A stretch of 60,113 nucleotides of DNA from Actinomycetota bacterium. Its GTDB lineage: Bacteria; Actinomycetota; UBA4738; HRBIN12. Numbering within the stretch: position 1 is the stretch's first letter; the number at the start of each line of letters is the position of its first letter. Below, piece after piece: positions 38,450 through 46,454 of the stretch. A program made the translations under genes and the position numbers. Where the stretch lies: positions 1-60,113 of the forward strand of contig JBOGVG010000263.1 in assembly GCA_050692435.1 (NCBI GenBank), given 5' to 3'. Under the pieces are notes generated by a model. That model did no database searches. It was not told where the DNA came from and was given only the letters and a program-made list of their open reading frames with translations.

Positions 38450-39021
38450 CTCTGCTGCCGCGCGAGGGCGAGGAAGTTCTCCACGATCTTCGGGCCTTCA
38501 GGGGTGAGGATCGACTCCGGGTGGAACTGCACGCCGAACCGTGGAAGCTCGCGGTGCTGCGCCCCCATCACAAGCCCGTCCTCCGTCCACGCGGTGAGCT
38601 CGAGTTCTGAAGGGAGTTCGTCTCGCAGCACCACCAGCGAGTGATACCTGCCCGCTTCGAACGGGTTGCCCACCCCCTCCAGGATCCGCCTCCCCTCGTG
38701 GTAGACGAGCGAGGCCTTGCCGTGGACCGGGGTGGCCCGCTCAACCCGGCCCCCGAACGCCACCCCGAGCGCCTGGTGTCCCAGACACACCCCAAGTACC
38801 GGCGTCTCCGGGGGAAGGGTCCGCAGGAGCTCGGGGAAGCAGCCCGCGTCCTCGGGGCGTCCCGGCCCGGGGGACAGGATCACCGCGTCCGGCCGCCGTT
38901 CGACCAGCGCCTCGGCTGGCTCGGCGTCGCTCTTCACGACGTCCGTGGGAAACCCCAGGCTATCTATGAGCTGGACCAGGTTGAAGGTGAACGAGTCGTA
39001 GTGGTCGACCACGAGGATCAT
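38446..39021 (-). CDS. trpG: Anthranilate synthase component II (glutamine amidotransferase)
   Basis: 191 aa. [17 protein letters not shown], catalytic GVCLGHQ, FHPES. Overlaps the trpE stop by 4 nt. Confidence 0.85.
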   Translation of the reverse strand: MILVVDHYDSFTFNLVQLIDSLGFPTDVVKSDAEPAEALVERRPDAVILSPGPGRPEDAGCFPELLRTLPPETPVLGVCLGHQALGVAFGGRVERATPVHGKASLVYHEGRRILEGVGNPFEAGRYHSLVVLRDELPSELELTAWTEDGLVMGAQHRELPRFGVQFHPESILTPEGPKIVENFLALARQQS

Positions 39022-40520
39022 CGCGGCGTCTCTCCGATGTCCACGGTATCGCGGCCGGCCGCCACCGCCGGCAGCAGCGCGGCGGCCTTGGCCTTCGTCT
39101 CTCGAAGCTCCAACTCCGGGTCGGAGTCGGCCACCACCCCCGCCCCGGTCTGGACATGAGCCTCCCCGTCCGCGACGACGGCCGTGCGGATCGTGATGCA
39201 GAAGTCGAGATCCCCGGCGAACGTCCGGTAGCCGACAGCGCCGGCGTAGGGGCCCCGGGCCGTCGGCTCAGCCTCGGCGATCAGCTCCATGGCCCGCCGC
39301 TTCGGCGCCCCCGTCACCGTTCCGGCCGGGAACGTCACCGCGAGCGCGTCGAGCGAGTCCCGGCCTTCGGCGAGCTCACCCTCGACCGTGCTTACGATAT
39401 GCATGACCTTGGTGAAGCGCTCCACCACCATGAGCTCGGTGGGGCGCACCGTCCCCGGCCGGCACACCCGGCCGAGGTCGTTTCGGGCCAGGTCCACCAG
39501 CATGGCGTGCTCGGCCTGCTCTTTGGGGTCGGCCAGCAGCTCGTGCTCGAGGAGCCGGTCGCGGACCTCGGTCCGTCCCCTCGGCCGGGTCCCTGCGATG
39601 GGCCGGGTAGACACCCGCTTCCCCTCCACCCGGACGAGAGGCTCGGGCGAGGAGCCGGCCAGCTCCAAGCCGAGCATCCGGAGGAAGAACATGTAGGGCG
39701 CGGGGTTCGACACCCGAAGGCGGCGGTAGATGGGGTAGCCGCCCCCCGGGGCCGGGAACGAGACCCGCCTCGACGGAACGCCCTGGTAGATGTCGCCGGC
39801 CAGGATGTGCTCCTTGAAGCTCGCCACGATGTCGCGGTATCGCTGATCCGCCATGTTCGGTTGGCCTTCCATCTCGGAGAGGTCGGCATCGTCTCCGATC
39901 GGCGACGGGGCGGGTGGCGTGGCCGTCGACACCGCCGCCGCCAGTCCCTCCAGAGCGGCTACGCCGTCGTCGTAGGCGCCGGCCGGGGCATGCGCCACCA
40001 GCAGCAGCCGCTGGCGCCAGTGGTCGAACACCACGGCCCGGTCGACGACCAGGAGACCGATGGGCGGACACGACGGCGCGTCCGCGTAGGGAGCCGGGTG
40101 CCCGTCGAGCAGCTCCGCGGCCTCGTACGCGAGGTAGCCCATCAGGCCCCCGGTGAGCGACGGCAGCTCGGGAAGCCGGGGCCCGGCCAGCGAACGGGCG
40201 ATCTGGCCCAGCTGCTCGCGCACCGGGAGGCCGGCCCCGGGCGCGGCGATGGGCAAGCCCTCGCGCCGGAGGTCGCGGACGGTCACGCCGAACCGCCCGG
40301 CCACCACGACCGCCGCGGGGTCCCCGGCGGCGAACGAGTACCGCCCCCACCGCTCAGAGCGCTCCACGCTCTCCAGGAGCACGCCGGGACCGTCGCCCAC
40401 CAGGGCCGGGAACACCCCGACCGGCGTGGAGACGTCGGCGAGCAGCTCGGTCCACACCGGGACGAGGGGCCACTCCGAGGCGAGCTCGTCGAAGGCCTCC
40501 CGACCGGGCCGCACCTGCAC
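39018..40520 (-). CDS. trpE: Anthranilate synthase component I
   Basis: 500 aa. GTG start with a GGAGGTGG SD. LLESVE and NPAPYMFF motifs, chorismate-binding C-terminal domain. The upstream Trp-codon leader favours TrpE over PabB. Confidence 0.85.
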   Translation of the reverse strand: MQVRPGREAFDELASEWPLVPVWTELLADVSTPVGVFPALVGDGPGVLLESVERSERWGRYSFAAGDPAAVVVAGRFGVTVRDLRREGLPIAAPGAGLPVREQLGQIARSLAGPRLPELPSLTGGLMGYLAYEAAELLDGHPAPYADAPSCPPIGLLVVDRAVVFDHWRQRLLLVAHAPAGAYDDGVAALEGLAAAVSTATPPAPSPIGDDADLSEMEGQPNMADQRYRDIVASFKEHILAGDIYQGVPSRRVSFPAPGGGYPIYRRLRVSNPAPYMFFLRMLGLELAGSSPEPLVRVEGKRVSTRPIAGTRPRGRTEVRDRLLEHELLADPKEQAEHAMLVDLARNDLGRVCRPGTVRPTELMVVERFTKVMHIVSTVEGELAEGRDSLDALAVTFPAGTVTGAPKRRAMELIAEAEPTARGPYAGAVGYRTFAGDLDFCITIRTAVVADGEAHVQTGAGVVADSDPELELRETKAKAAALLPAVAAGRDTVDIGETPR

Positions 40521-40540
40521 GTTCCACCTCCTCGTCCGCG

Positions 40541-40571
40541 AAACACGAAGCCCCGGGCCTTCGCCCGGGGC
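40541..40571 (-). terminator. Attenuator terminator hairpin in the trpE leader
   Basis: The minus strand reads GCCCCGGGC-GAAG-GCCCGGGGC, a perfect 9-bp stem, followed by TTCGTGTTT. It ends 20 nt upstream of the trpE start codon. Confidence 0.6.
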
Positions 40572-40598
40572 CTGCGGTCGGTCCGTCCTCGGTTTCGG

Positions 40599-40667
40599 TC
40601 AGACGCGCGCCGGCTGCGGGCCCCTCGAGCCCACGGGCCAGAACCACCAGGTCGCCGGGCGCGTCAT
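40599..40667 (-). CDS. trpL: trp operon leader peptide (22 aa, three Trp in a 4-codon run)
   Basis: The minus strand reads ATG ACG CGC CCG GCG ACC TGG TGG TTC TGG CCC GTG GGC TCG AGG GGC CCG CAG CCG GCG CGC GTC TGA = MTRPATWWFWPVGSRGPQPARV. It lies between a promoter-like element and the terminator hairpin. Confidence 0.6.
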   Translation of the reverse strand: MTRPATWWFWPVGSRGPQPARV

Positions 40668-40677
40668 CGTGGCCGTG

Positions 40678-40707
40678 ATTGTGCGGGGCCGGACCGCGGA
40701 ACGTCAA
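40678..40707 (-). promoter_or_regulatory. Candidate sigma-70-type promoter for the trp leader
   Basis: The minus strand has TTGACG (40707-40702), an 18-nt spacer, then CACAAT (40683-40678). The -10 ends 10 nt before the leader ATG, with no SD, so this implies a leaderless or very short 5' UTR. Confidence 0.4.
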
Positions 40708-40811
40708 TGGGGCAGGCGGAAGGGTCGTGGACGCCGCTCAGCCTTTCGGATAGCGTCCATCGACCGCCCATCACCGCCGGCCGCTCGGTGGCCCGCCCGC
40801 AAGGAGGAGTG

Positions 40812-42275
40812 ATGTCGCCCGTCCGCCGCCTCGGCGCGCTCGTCGCGCTGACCCTGCTCGGCGCGCTCACGGTGGCGTCCCCCGCCAAGGCCGCCACGGC
40901 GAACCGGTCCCGCCCGAACCTCGGTGCGCCCGTCTCGGCGCTTCACTTCGATGCCATCCCCCGGATCGGGGGCAACTGGCCGGGCGATCCCACCGGGGCG
41001 ATGGGCGAGACCTCCATCGTCACCGCGGTGAACACCTCGGTCGCCGTCCACGACCTGGCCGGCACTGCGGTGCTCGGGCCGATCTCGTTCGGGGCCTTCG
41101 GGTCCTTCCCCCCGGGCACGCAGGTGTTCGATCCCAAGGTCGTCTACGACCAGTACGTCCAGGTGTTCGTACTGGCCTTCCTGGCAGTGAACGACGGACT
41201 GAGGAAGTCCTGGGTCGTGGTGGTGAGCATCCCCGGCGCGACGGCCGCGGACCAAACCACCTGGTGCACCAGGCAGATCGGCGCCGACCGGGTGAAGGGC
41301 GACGGGAGGCAGTGGGCCGACTACCCGGGGCTCGGCTACGACCTGGACCGGGTGGCGGTTACGACCAACCAGTTCAACTTCGGAGGAACGCAGGGCCACG
41401 CCTACGCCCAGATCCTGTCGTTCCCCAAGACCACGCTGTACGACTGCGCCCAGGCGGTGGCCTTCGACGTCTTCGCCGGCGCGGCCACCCGAAATCCCGA
41501 CGGGACCAAGGCGTTCACGATCCAGCCGGCCACGAGCGTGGGCGCGAACCCCGCGGATCAGTACTTCCTCTCGTTCCAGAAGAACGTCGCGACCGACTCC
41601 GCAGTGATCGTGTGGCGGCTGCGGGACACCATGACCGGGCTGAAGCTGTCCAAGGCCCGTCTCGTCGTGGCCAGGGTGTCGATCTCGCCCTTCGGGACGC
41701 AGGGCGACGGCACCGGCAACTCGAGCACCTGGTGGGATCCCGGCGACCTCCGGCTCGTGAACGCGTTCTACGACGCCGACCTGAACCGCGTGTACGCGGC
41801 CCACACGATCTTCCGGGACCTGAAGCCGGACACGAAGACGGGCGGCTACGCGGAGTCCGTCATCCGGTGGTACGAGGTGGCGCCGGAGTCGGTGCTCACC
41901 TCTTCCAAGGTCGCTCGGACCGGGGTCGTCGGCACGCCGGAGACGGATGCCGGCTGGCCGGTCGTCGGAACGGATGGAGCAGGCAACCTATTCGTCACGT
42001 ACAGCCGGGCGAGCCGGATCACCGGCGAGTACCTGTCGGCCTACGTGGCCGAGGTGGCGCCGGGCTCGACCACCGCGGAGATCGTGCTGCTCGCGGCGGG
42101 CACCGCTCGGATGGAGACGGGCAAGGGCCCGGAGCGGTGGGGGGACTACAACGGCATCTCCCGGAGCCCCCTGGACCCGGCCGTGATGGCGGTGGTGAAC
42201 CAATACGCGAAGTCGGACGGATCGGGACCGACGGCCGACTGGCAGCAGACCGTGGACCTGGTCCGCCACCTCTGA
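40812..42275 (+). CDS. Secreted hypothetical protein (487 aa), possibly beta-propeller/sialidase-like fold
   Basis: The ATG at 40812 with an AAGGAGGAG SD is the real start of the 1039-aa track ORF. Signal peptide MSPVRRLGALVALTLLGALTVASPAKA. Motifs FDPKVVYD, WADYPGLGYD, RWGDYNGI. No family securely recognised. Confidence 0.75.
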   Translation: MSPVRRLGALVALTLLGALTVASPAKAATANRSRPNLGAPVSALHFDAIPRIGGNWPGDPTGAMGETSIVTAVNTSVAVHDLAGTAVLGPISFGAFGSFPPGTQVFDPKVVYDQYVQVFVLAFLAVNDGLRKSWVVVVSIPGATAADQTTWCTRQIGADRVKGDGRQWADYPGLGYDLDRVAVTTNQFNFGGTQGHAYAQILSFPKTTLYDCAQAVAFDVFAGAATRNPDGTKAFTIQPATSVGANPADQYFLSFQKNVATDSAVIVWRLRDTMTGLKLSKARLVVARVSISPFGTQGDGTGNSSTWWDPGDLRLVNAFYDADLNRVYAAHTIFRDLKPDTKTGGYAESVIRWYEVAPESVLTSSKVARTGVVGTPETDAGWPVVGTDGAGNLFVTYSRASRITGEYLSAYVAEVAPGSTTAEIVLLAAGTARMETGKGPERWGDYNGISRSPLDPAVMAVVNQYAKSDGSGPTADWQQTVDLVRHL

Positions 42276-42328
42276 GACCGCGGAGAACTCCTCGTTCGTG
42301 AACCGGCGCCCGGTATCCTGAGTGCCCC

Positions 42329-44038
42329 ATGAGGATGTCGGAGCTGTTCGCGCGTACCTTGCGCGAGGACCCGGCCGAGGCCGAAGCCCCTTCGCACAAG
42401 CTGCTGCTGCGTGCGGCGTTCATGCGCCAGCTGATGTCCGGCGTGTACACGTTCCTTCCGCTCGGCCTTCGGACGCTTCGGAAGGTCGAGCGGATCGTTC
42501 GGGAGGAGATGGACCGGGCCGGGGCCCAGGAGATCCGGATGCCGGCCATCGTTCCCTCCGAGCCGTGGCACGTCACGGGTCGGTGGGAGGCATACGCCGC
42601 CGAGCAGCTCATGTTCATCCTGCACGACCGGGCCGGGCGGGAGCTCGGCCTGGGGCCGACCCACGAGGAGGTCGTGACCCCGCTGGTCGGGAACGAGTAC
42701 TCGTCCTACCGCGACATACCGGTGAACCTGTACCAGATCCAGTGGAAGTACCGAGACGAGGCCAGACCCAGGTCCGGCCTGCTCCGGGCCCGGGAGTTCC
42801 TGATGAAGGACGCGTACTCGTTCGATCGCGACGTCGAGGGGCTGAGCCTGAGCTACCAGAAGATGGTCGGCGCATACAGGGCGAGCTTCATCCGGTGCGG
42901 CCTCGACTTCATCGTCGTCGAGGCCGATCCCGGGCTGATCGGGGGCGACGAGAACCACGAGTTCATGGCTCCGGCGGAGGTCGGTGAGGACCTCTTCGTG
43001 GCGTGCAGCACCTGCGACTACGCGGCGAACCTGGAGGCGGCCACCGCCGCGCCCCCCAAGGATGCCCCGTTCGAGGACGACCCGCTCACTGTTGTCCACA
43101 CGCCGGACGCGCCCGGCATCCGGGACGTCGTAGCCCTCCTCGGTGTGCCGGCCGAGCGGATGTTGAAGACCATGGCCTTCGAGATCGACGGCCAGCTCGT
43201 CCTGGTCCTGGTCCCGGGGGACCGCGAGGTGAACGAGGGCAAGCTCCGTCGGGCCTTCGCCCCGGCGGAGGTTCGGATGCTTGAGGACGCCGACTTCGCG
43301 CGACACGGCCTGGCCAAGGGATACGTCGGTCCCCAGGGCCTCAGTGGAGCCACGATCGTGGCCGATCACCGGGTGCGCGGGCAACCCTCCTGGGTCACCG
43401 GCGCGAACAAGGTCGACTACCACGTGACGGGCGCGGCCGCTGGCCGCGACTTCGCGGTCGACCGATGGGAGGACCTGGCCACCGTGGCCGAGGGCGACCG
43501 GTGCCCCAGGGACGGGGGGCTCTTGCGGATCGGCCGCTCGATCGAGGTCGGCCACACCTTCCAGCTCGGGAAGAAGTACTCCGAGCCGCTCAAGGCCACC
43601 TTCGTGGACGAGGACGGCATCGAGCGGCCCTTCCTGATGGGCTGCTACGGGATCGGGATCTCCAGGATCGTCTCCGCCGTGGCCGAGCAGCATCATGACG
43701 AGTCCGGCCTGGCCTGGCCGAAGGCCGTCGCTCCGTACCACGCGGTCGTGATCGTCGCGAACCGCGACGATGAGCAAGTGATGGGAGCGGGCGAGCGGAT
43801 CTATCGCGAGCTCGACGAAAAGGGCGTGGAAGTGCTGATCGACGACCGCGACGAGACGGCGGGCGTGAAGTTCGCCGACGCCGACCTGATCGGCTTCCCG
43901 CTCCAGGTCGTGGTGGGCCGGCGGGGCATCGAGAAGCGAACGGTCGACCTGAAGATGCGGGCCACGGGGGAGCGGTCCTCGTCCCCCCTGGACCGGGCGG
44001 CGCAGGCGGCCGGGAACCTGCTGGCCGCCGCCCCGTAG
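42329..44038 (+). CDS. proS: Proline--tRNA ligase
   Basis: 569 aa. Class II motifs (RPRSGLLRAREFLMKDAYSF, GCYGIGISR), an editing-domain insertion, and an anticodon-binding C-terminus. Confidence 0.94.
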   Translation: MRMSELFARTLREDPAEAEAPSHKLLLRAAFMRQLMSGVYTFLPLGLRTLRKVERIVREEMDRAGAQEIRMPAIVPSEPWHVTGRWEAYAAEQLMFILHDRAGRELGLGPTHEEVVTPLVGNEYSSYRDIPVNLYQIQWKYRDEARPRSGLLRAREFLMKDAYSFDRDVEGLSLSYQKMVGAYRASFIRCGLDFIVVEADPGLIGGDENHEFMAPAEVGEDLFVACSTCDYAANLEAATAAPPKDAPFEDDPLTVVHTPDAPGIRDVVALLGVPAERMLKTMAFEIDGQLVLVLVPGDREVNEGKLRRAFAPAEVRMLEDADFARHGLAKGYVGPQGLSGATIVADHRVRGQPSWVTGANKVDYHVTGAAAGRDFAVDRWEDLATVAEGDRCPRDGGLLRIGRSIEVGHTFQLGKKYSEPLKATFVDEDGIERPFLMGCYGIGISRIVSAVAEQHHDESGLAWPKAVAPYHAVVIVANRDDEQVMGAGERIYRELDEKGVEVLIDDRDETAGVKFADADLIGFPLQVVVGRRGIEKRTVDLKMRATGERSSSPLDRAAQAAGNLLAAAP

Positions 44039-44056
44039 CCCGGGTACGCTCGGGCC

Positions 44057-44338
44057 GTGGCCGTCGGAGCCTCGAGCACCCTTCGAGAGTTCGTGAAGCT
44101 CCATCCCGAGGTCGAGGCCGTGGTGCAGCACGTCGGCCTGCGGACCTGGGACCTCCTGCTGATCGACGTCGACGGGAACTGGGTCCGTGACGAGTTCCCG
44201 TCCGAGGAGCATGCCGAGGCGGCCTGCCGGGAGCTCGGCATCAGGGTGCACCGAGGGTGGGACGACCCCCGGATGGTGATGAGGTTACGCCGGCGCGATC
44301 ACTGGAACCGGCCCGGAGGTCAGCGCCGGGCCCTGTAG
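44057..44338 (+). CDS. Small hypothetical protein (93 aa)
   Basis: GTG start, high GC3, no recognised motif. TACGCT hexamer 6 nt upstream of the start. Confidence 0.5.
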   Translation: MAVGASSTLREFVKLHPEVEAVVQHVGLRTWDLLLIDVDGNWVRDEFPSEEHAEAACRELGIRVHRGWDDPRMVMRLRRRDHWNRPGGQRRAL

Positions 44339-44363
44339 CGTGCCCGCTGAGCAGCGCTTCCGG

Positions 44364-44369
44364 TATACT
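44364..44369 (+). promoter_or_regulatory. Candidate -10 element (TATACT) for the rimP-nusA-infB operon
   Basis: TATACT in an otherwise GC-rich spacer, 67 nt upstream of the rimP ATG. No convincing -35. Confidence 0.35.
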
Positions 44370-44397
44370 CCACCCCGGACGAGGAGCGGTTTTTCCG

Positions 44398-44425
44398 GAA
44401 GTGGGCTCGCGCCCACTTTCTTTTT
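44398..44425 (+). terminator. Intrinsic-terminator-like hairpin with T-tract in the rimP-nusA leader (candidate attenuator)
   Basis: GAAGTGGGC-TCGC-GCCCACTTT, 9 pairs including one terminal G-U, followed by CTTTTTCG. It ends 11 nt before the rimP ATG. Confidence 0.55.
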
Positions 44426-44436
44426 CGAGGGGCGAG

Positions 44437-44898
44437 ATGGACGCGGAGGCGCTGGTCCGGCCGGTGGTCGAGTGGGCGGGGCTGGAGCTTTGGGAGGTCA
44501 CCTACCGCAAAGAAGCGGGCCGGATGGTGCTTCGGGTGACGGTCGACCGGGACGGCGGGATCGACGTCGACACCATCTCCGAGATGTCCGAACGCCTCTC
44601 ACGCCGGCTGGACCTGGAGGACTTCGGGCGCGGCCGGTACCAGCTCGAAGTGAGCTCGCCCGGCCTGGAGCGGCCGCTCAGGCTGCCGCGTCACTTCCAG
44701 CGCAGCGTGGGTGAGCAGGTGAAGGTGAAGACGGTGGAGCCCATCGCGGGGTCCAAGATCCACTCGGGCGCGCTGGTCTCGGCCGACGCGGAGGCGATCG
44801 TGATCGCCACCGACGGCGGAGAGCTGCGCGTCCCGTACGCGAACGTCGCGTCGGCTCGGACCGTCTTCGAATGGGGTTCCGACAGGAGCAGACGATGA
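44437..44898 (+). CDS. rimP: Ribosome maturation factor RimP
   Basis: The ATG at 44437 within ORF 44257-44898 gives MDAEALVRPVVEWAGLELWEVTY...LEVSSPGLERPL. Confidence 0.9.
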   Translation: MDAEALVRPVVEWAGLELWEVTYRKEAGRMVLRVTVDRDGGIDVDTISEMSERLSRRLDLEDFGRGRYQLEVSSPGLERPLRLPRHFQRSVGEQVKVKTVEPIAGSKIHSGALVSADAEAIVIATDGGELRVPYANVASARTVFEWGSDRSRR

Positions 44899-46175
44899 AC
44901 GCCGAGATGATCGCGGCACTCCGGGAGCTGGAGCGCGAGAAGGGGATCGCCTTCCAGACGATCCTCGCCGGGCTGGAGGAGGCCATGGCCTCCGCCTACA
45001 AGTCGTGGTGGAAGCAGCAGCACCCCGACCTCGACGAGGAGACGTTCGGCGTCCGCGCGTCCATCGACCCCGAGACTGGCGACCTTCGGGTGTGGATCCA
45101 GGAGCTCACCGAGAGGGAGAGCGCCGAGGGCGAGCTCGTGACGGAGGTGGTCACGGAGAAGGAAGTCGAGGTCACCGACGAGTTCAAGGGCCGGATCGGC
45201 GCCCAGACCGCGAAGCAGGTGATCTTCCAGAAGCTCCGAGACGCGGAACGCGAGATGACCTACGAGGAGTTCGCCGGCCGCGAGGGCGACGTGGTGACCG
45301 GCATCGTGCAGGCGCAGGAGCGGGACCGGAGGAGCGTCCTCCTCGACCTCGGCAAGGTGGAGGCGTTGCTGCCGCACACCGAGCAGATCCCCTCCGAGCA
45401 GATCCGGCACGGGGAACGGGTGAAGGCGTACATCACCGAGGTCCGCAAGGGCGCGAAGGGGCCGCAGATCGTGGTGTCGCGGTCCCATCCCGGCCTGCTC
45501 CGAAAGCTCTTCGAGATGGAGGTCCCCGAGATCGAGGAGGGCATCGTCGAGATCAAGGAGGTCGCCCGGGAGCCCGGGCACCGTTCGAAGATCGCCGTGG
45601 CGTCCCGGGAGCCGGCCGTGGACCCGGTCGGCGCGTGCGTCGGCCCCAAGGGCTCTCGTGTGCGCATGGTGGTGAACGAGCTCCGTGGCGAGAAGATCGA
45701 CGTCGTGCCGTGGAGCGGCGACTCGGCGCAGTTCGTGGCCAACGCGCTCCAGCCGGCGAAGGTGAGGGAGGTCATCACGGACCCCGCGACCCAGACGGCG
45801 CTCGTCATCGTTCCGGACTACCAGCTGTCGCTCGCGATCGGCAAGGAGGGGCAAAACGCCCGCCTGGCCGCTCGGCTGACCGGGTGGCGGATCGACATCA
45901 AGAGCGAGACCCAGCGGTTCGACGAGCAGCGCGCTCCCGCGGTGCTCACGTCCGAGGCCGCTCCGTCGGGGCCGGCGGAAACCGCCGCTCGGACCGAAGG
46001 CGTTCCCGTGGAAGGGTCGCCCGAATCGGAAGCACAGGACGTGGCCGCGTCATCCGCCGACCCCTCGGTTGCGGCCCCTGACGAAGCGGCGTCATCCGGC
46101 GGCCCGTCGGTCGCGACCGTCCCCGATGCGGACGGCACGGAGGCCGAGCCTGCCGAGGAGCCGGTCGAGGGCTGA
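44895..46175 (+). CDS. nusA: Transcription termination/antitermination factor NusA
   Basis: The ATG at 44895 (ATGA overlap with rimP) gives MNAEMIAALRELEREKGI. S1 domain, two KH domains (ACVGPKGSRVRMV, LAIGKEGQNARLAA), and an acidic C-terminal tail. Confidence 0.94.
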   Translation: MNAEMIAALRELEREKGIAFQTILAGLEEAMASAYKSWWKQQHPDLDEETFGVRASIDPETGDLRVWIQELTERESAEGELVTEVVTEKEVEVTDEFKGRIGAQTAKQVIFQKLRDAEREMTYEEFAGREGDVVTGIVQAQERDRRSVLLDLGKVEALLPHTEQIPSEQIRHGERVKAYITEVRKGAKGPQIVVSRSHPGLLRKLFEMEVPEIEEGIVEIKEVAREPGHRSKIAVASREPAVDPVGACVGPKGSRVRMVVNELRGEKIDVVPWSGDSAQFVANALQPAKVREVITDPATQTALVIVPDYQLSLAIGKEGQNARLAARLTGWRIDIKSETQRFDEQRAPAVLTSEAAPSGPAETAARTEGVPVEGSPESEAQDVAASSADPSVAAPDEAASSGGPSVATVPDADGTEAEPAEEPVEG

Positions 46176-46178
46176 GTC

Positions 46179-46454
46179 ATGGCTCCGGGTGCCGAGCCGG
46201 AGCGGACGTGCGTGGGGTGCCGCGAGAAGGCCGGCAAGGGAGGGCTCCTGCGCATCGTCCGGTCCCCCGACGGGGTCGTTCGCGTGGACGCGGGTGGGAA
46301 GGCCCCAGGTCGCGGCGCGTACGTGCATCGACACACGTCGTGTCTGGTGGCCGCGCTCCGGCGAGGGGCGCTGGCCCGGGCCCTTCGAACCGGCCTGGGC
46401 CCGGATGAAGCCGCTAGGCTAAGGATCGCTATCGAGCGGGAAGTGGTCAAATGA
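46179..46454 (+). CDS. ylxR: YlxR/DUF448 family RNA-binding protein
   Basis: 91 aa. RTCVGCREK motif and GRGAYVH. Conserved slot between nusA and infB. Confidence 0.88.
   Translation: MAPGAEPERTCVGCREKAGKGGLLRIVRSPDGVVRVDAGGKAPGRGAYVHRHTSCLVAALRRGALARALRTGLGPDEAARLRIAIEREVVK

Noticed and set aside
38446-40520. Alternative call as PabA/PabB (aminodeoxychorismate synthase)
   Set aside because: The upstream leader peptide with the WWFW run and the terminator hairpin argues for tryptophan-regulated anthranilate synthase. The LLES and NPAPYMFF motifs also fit TrpE.
39156-40811. N-terminal 550 aa of the 1039-aa + strand ORF 39156-42275
   Set aside because: This part is antisense to trpE and crosses the trp leader, and its composition is low-complexity R/G/P. 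The real gene starts at ATG 40812, which has an SD and a signal peptide.
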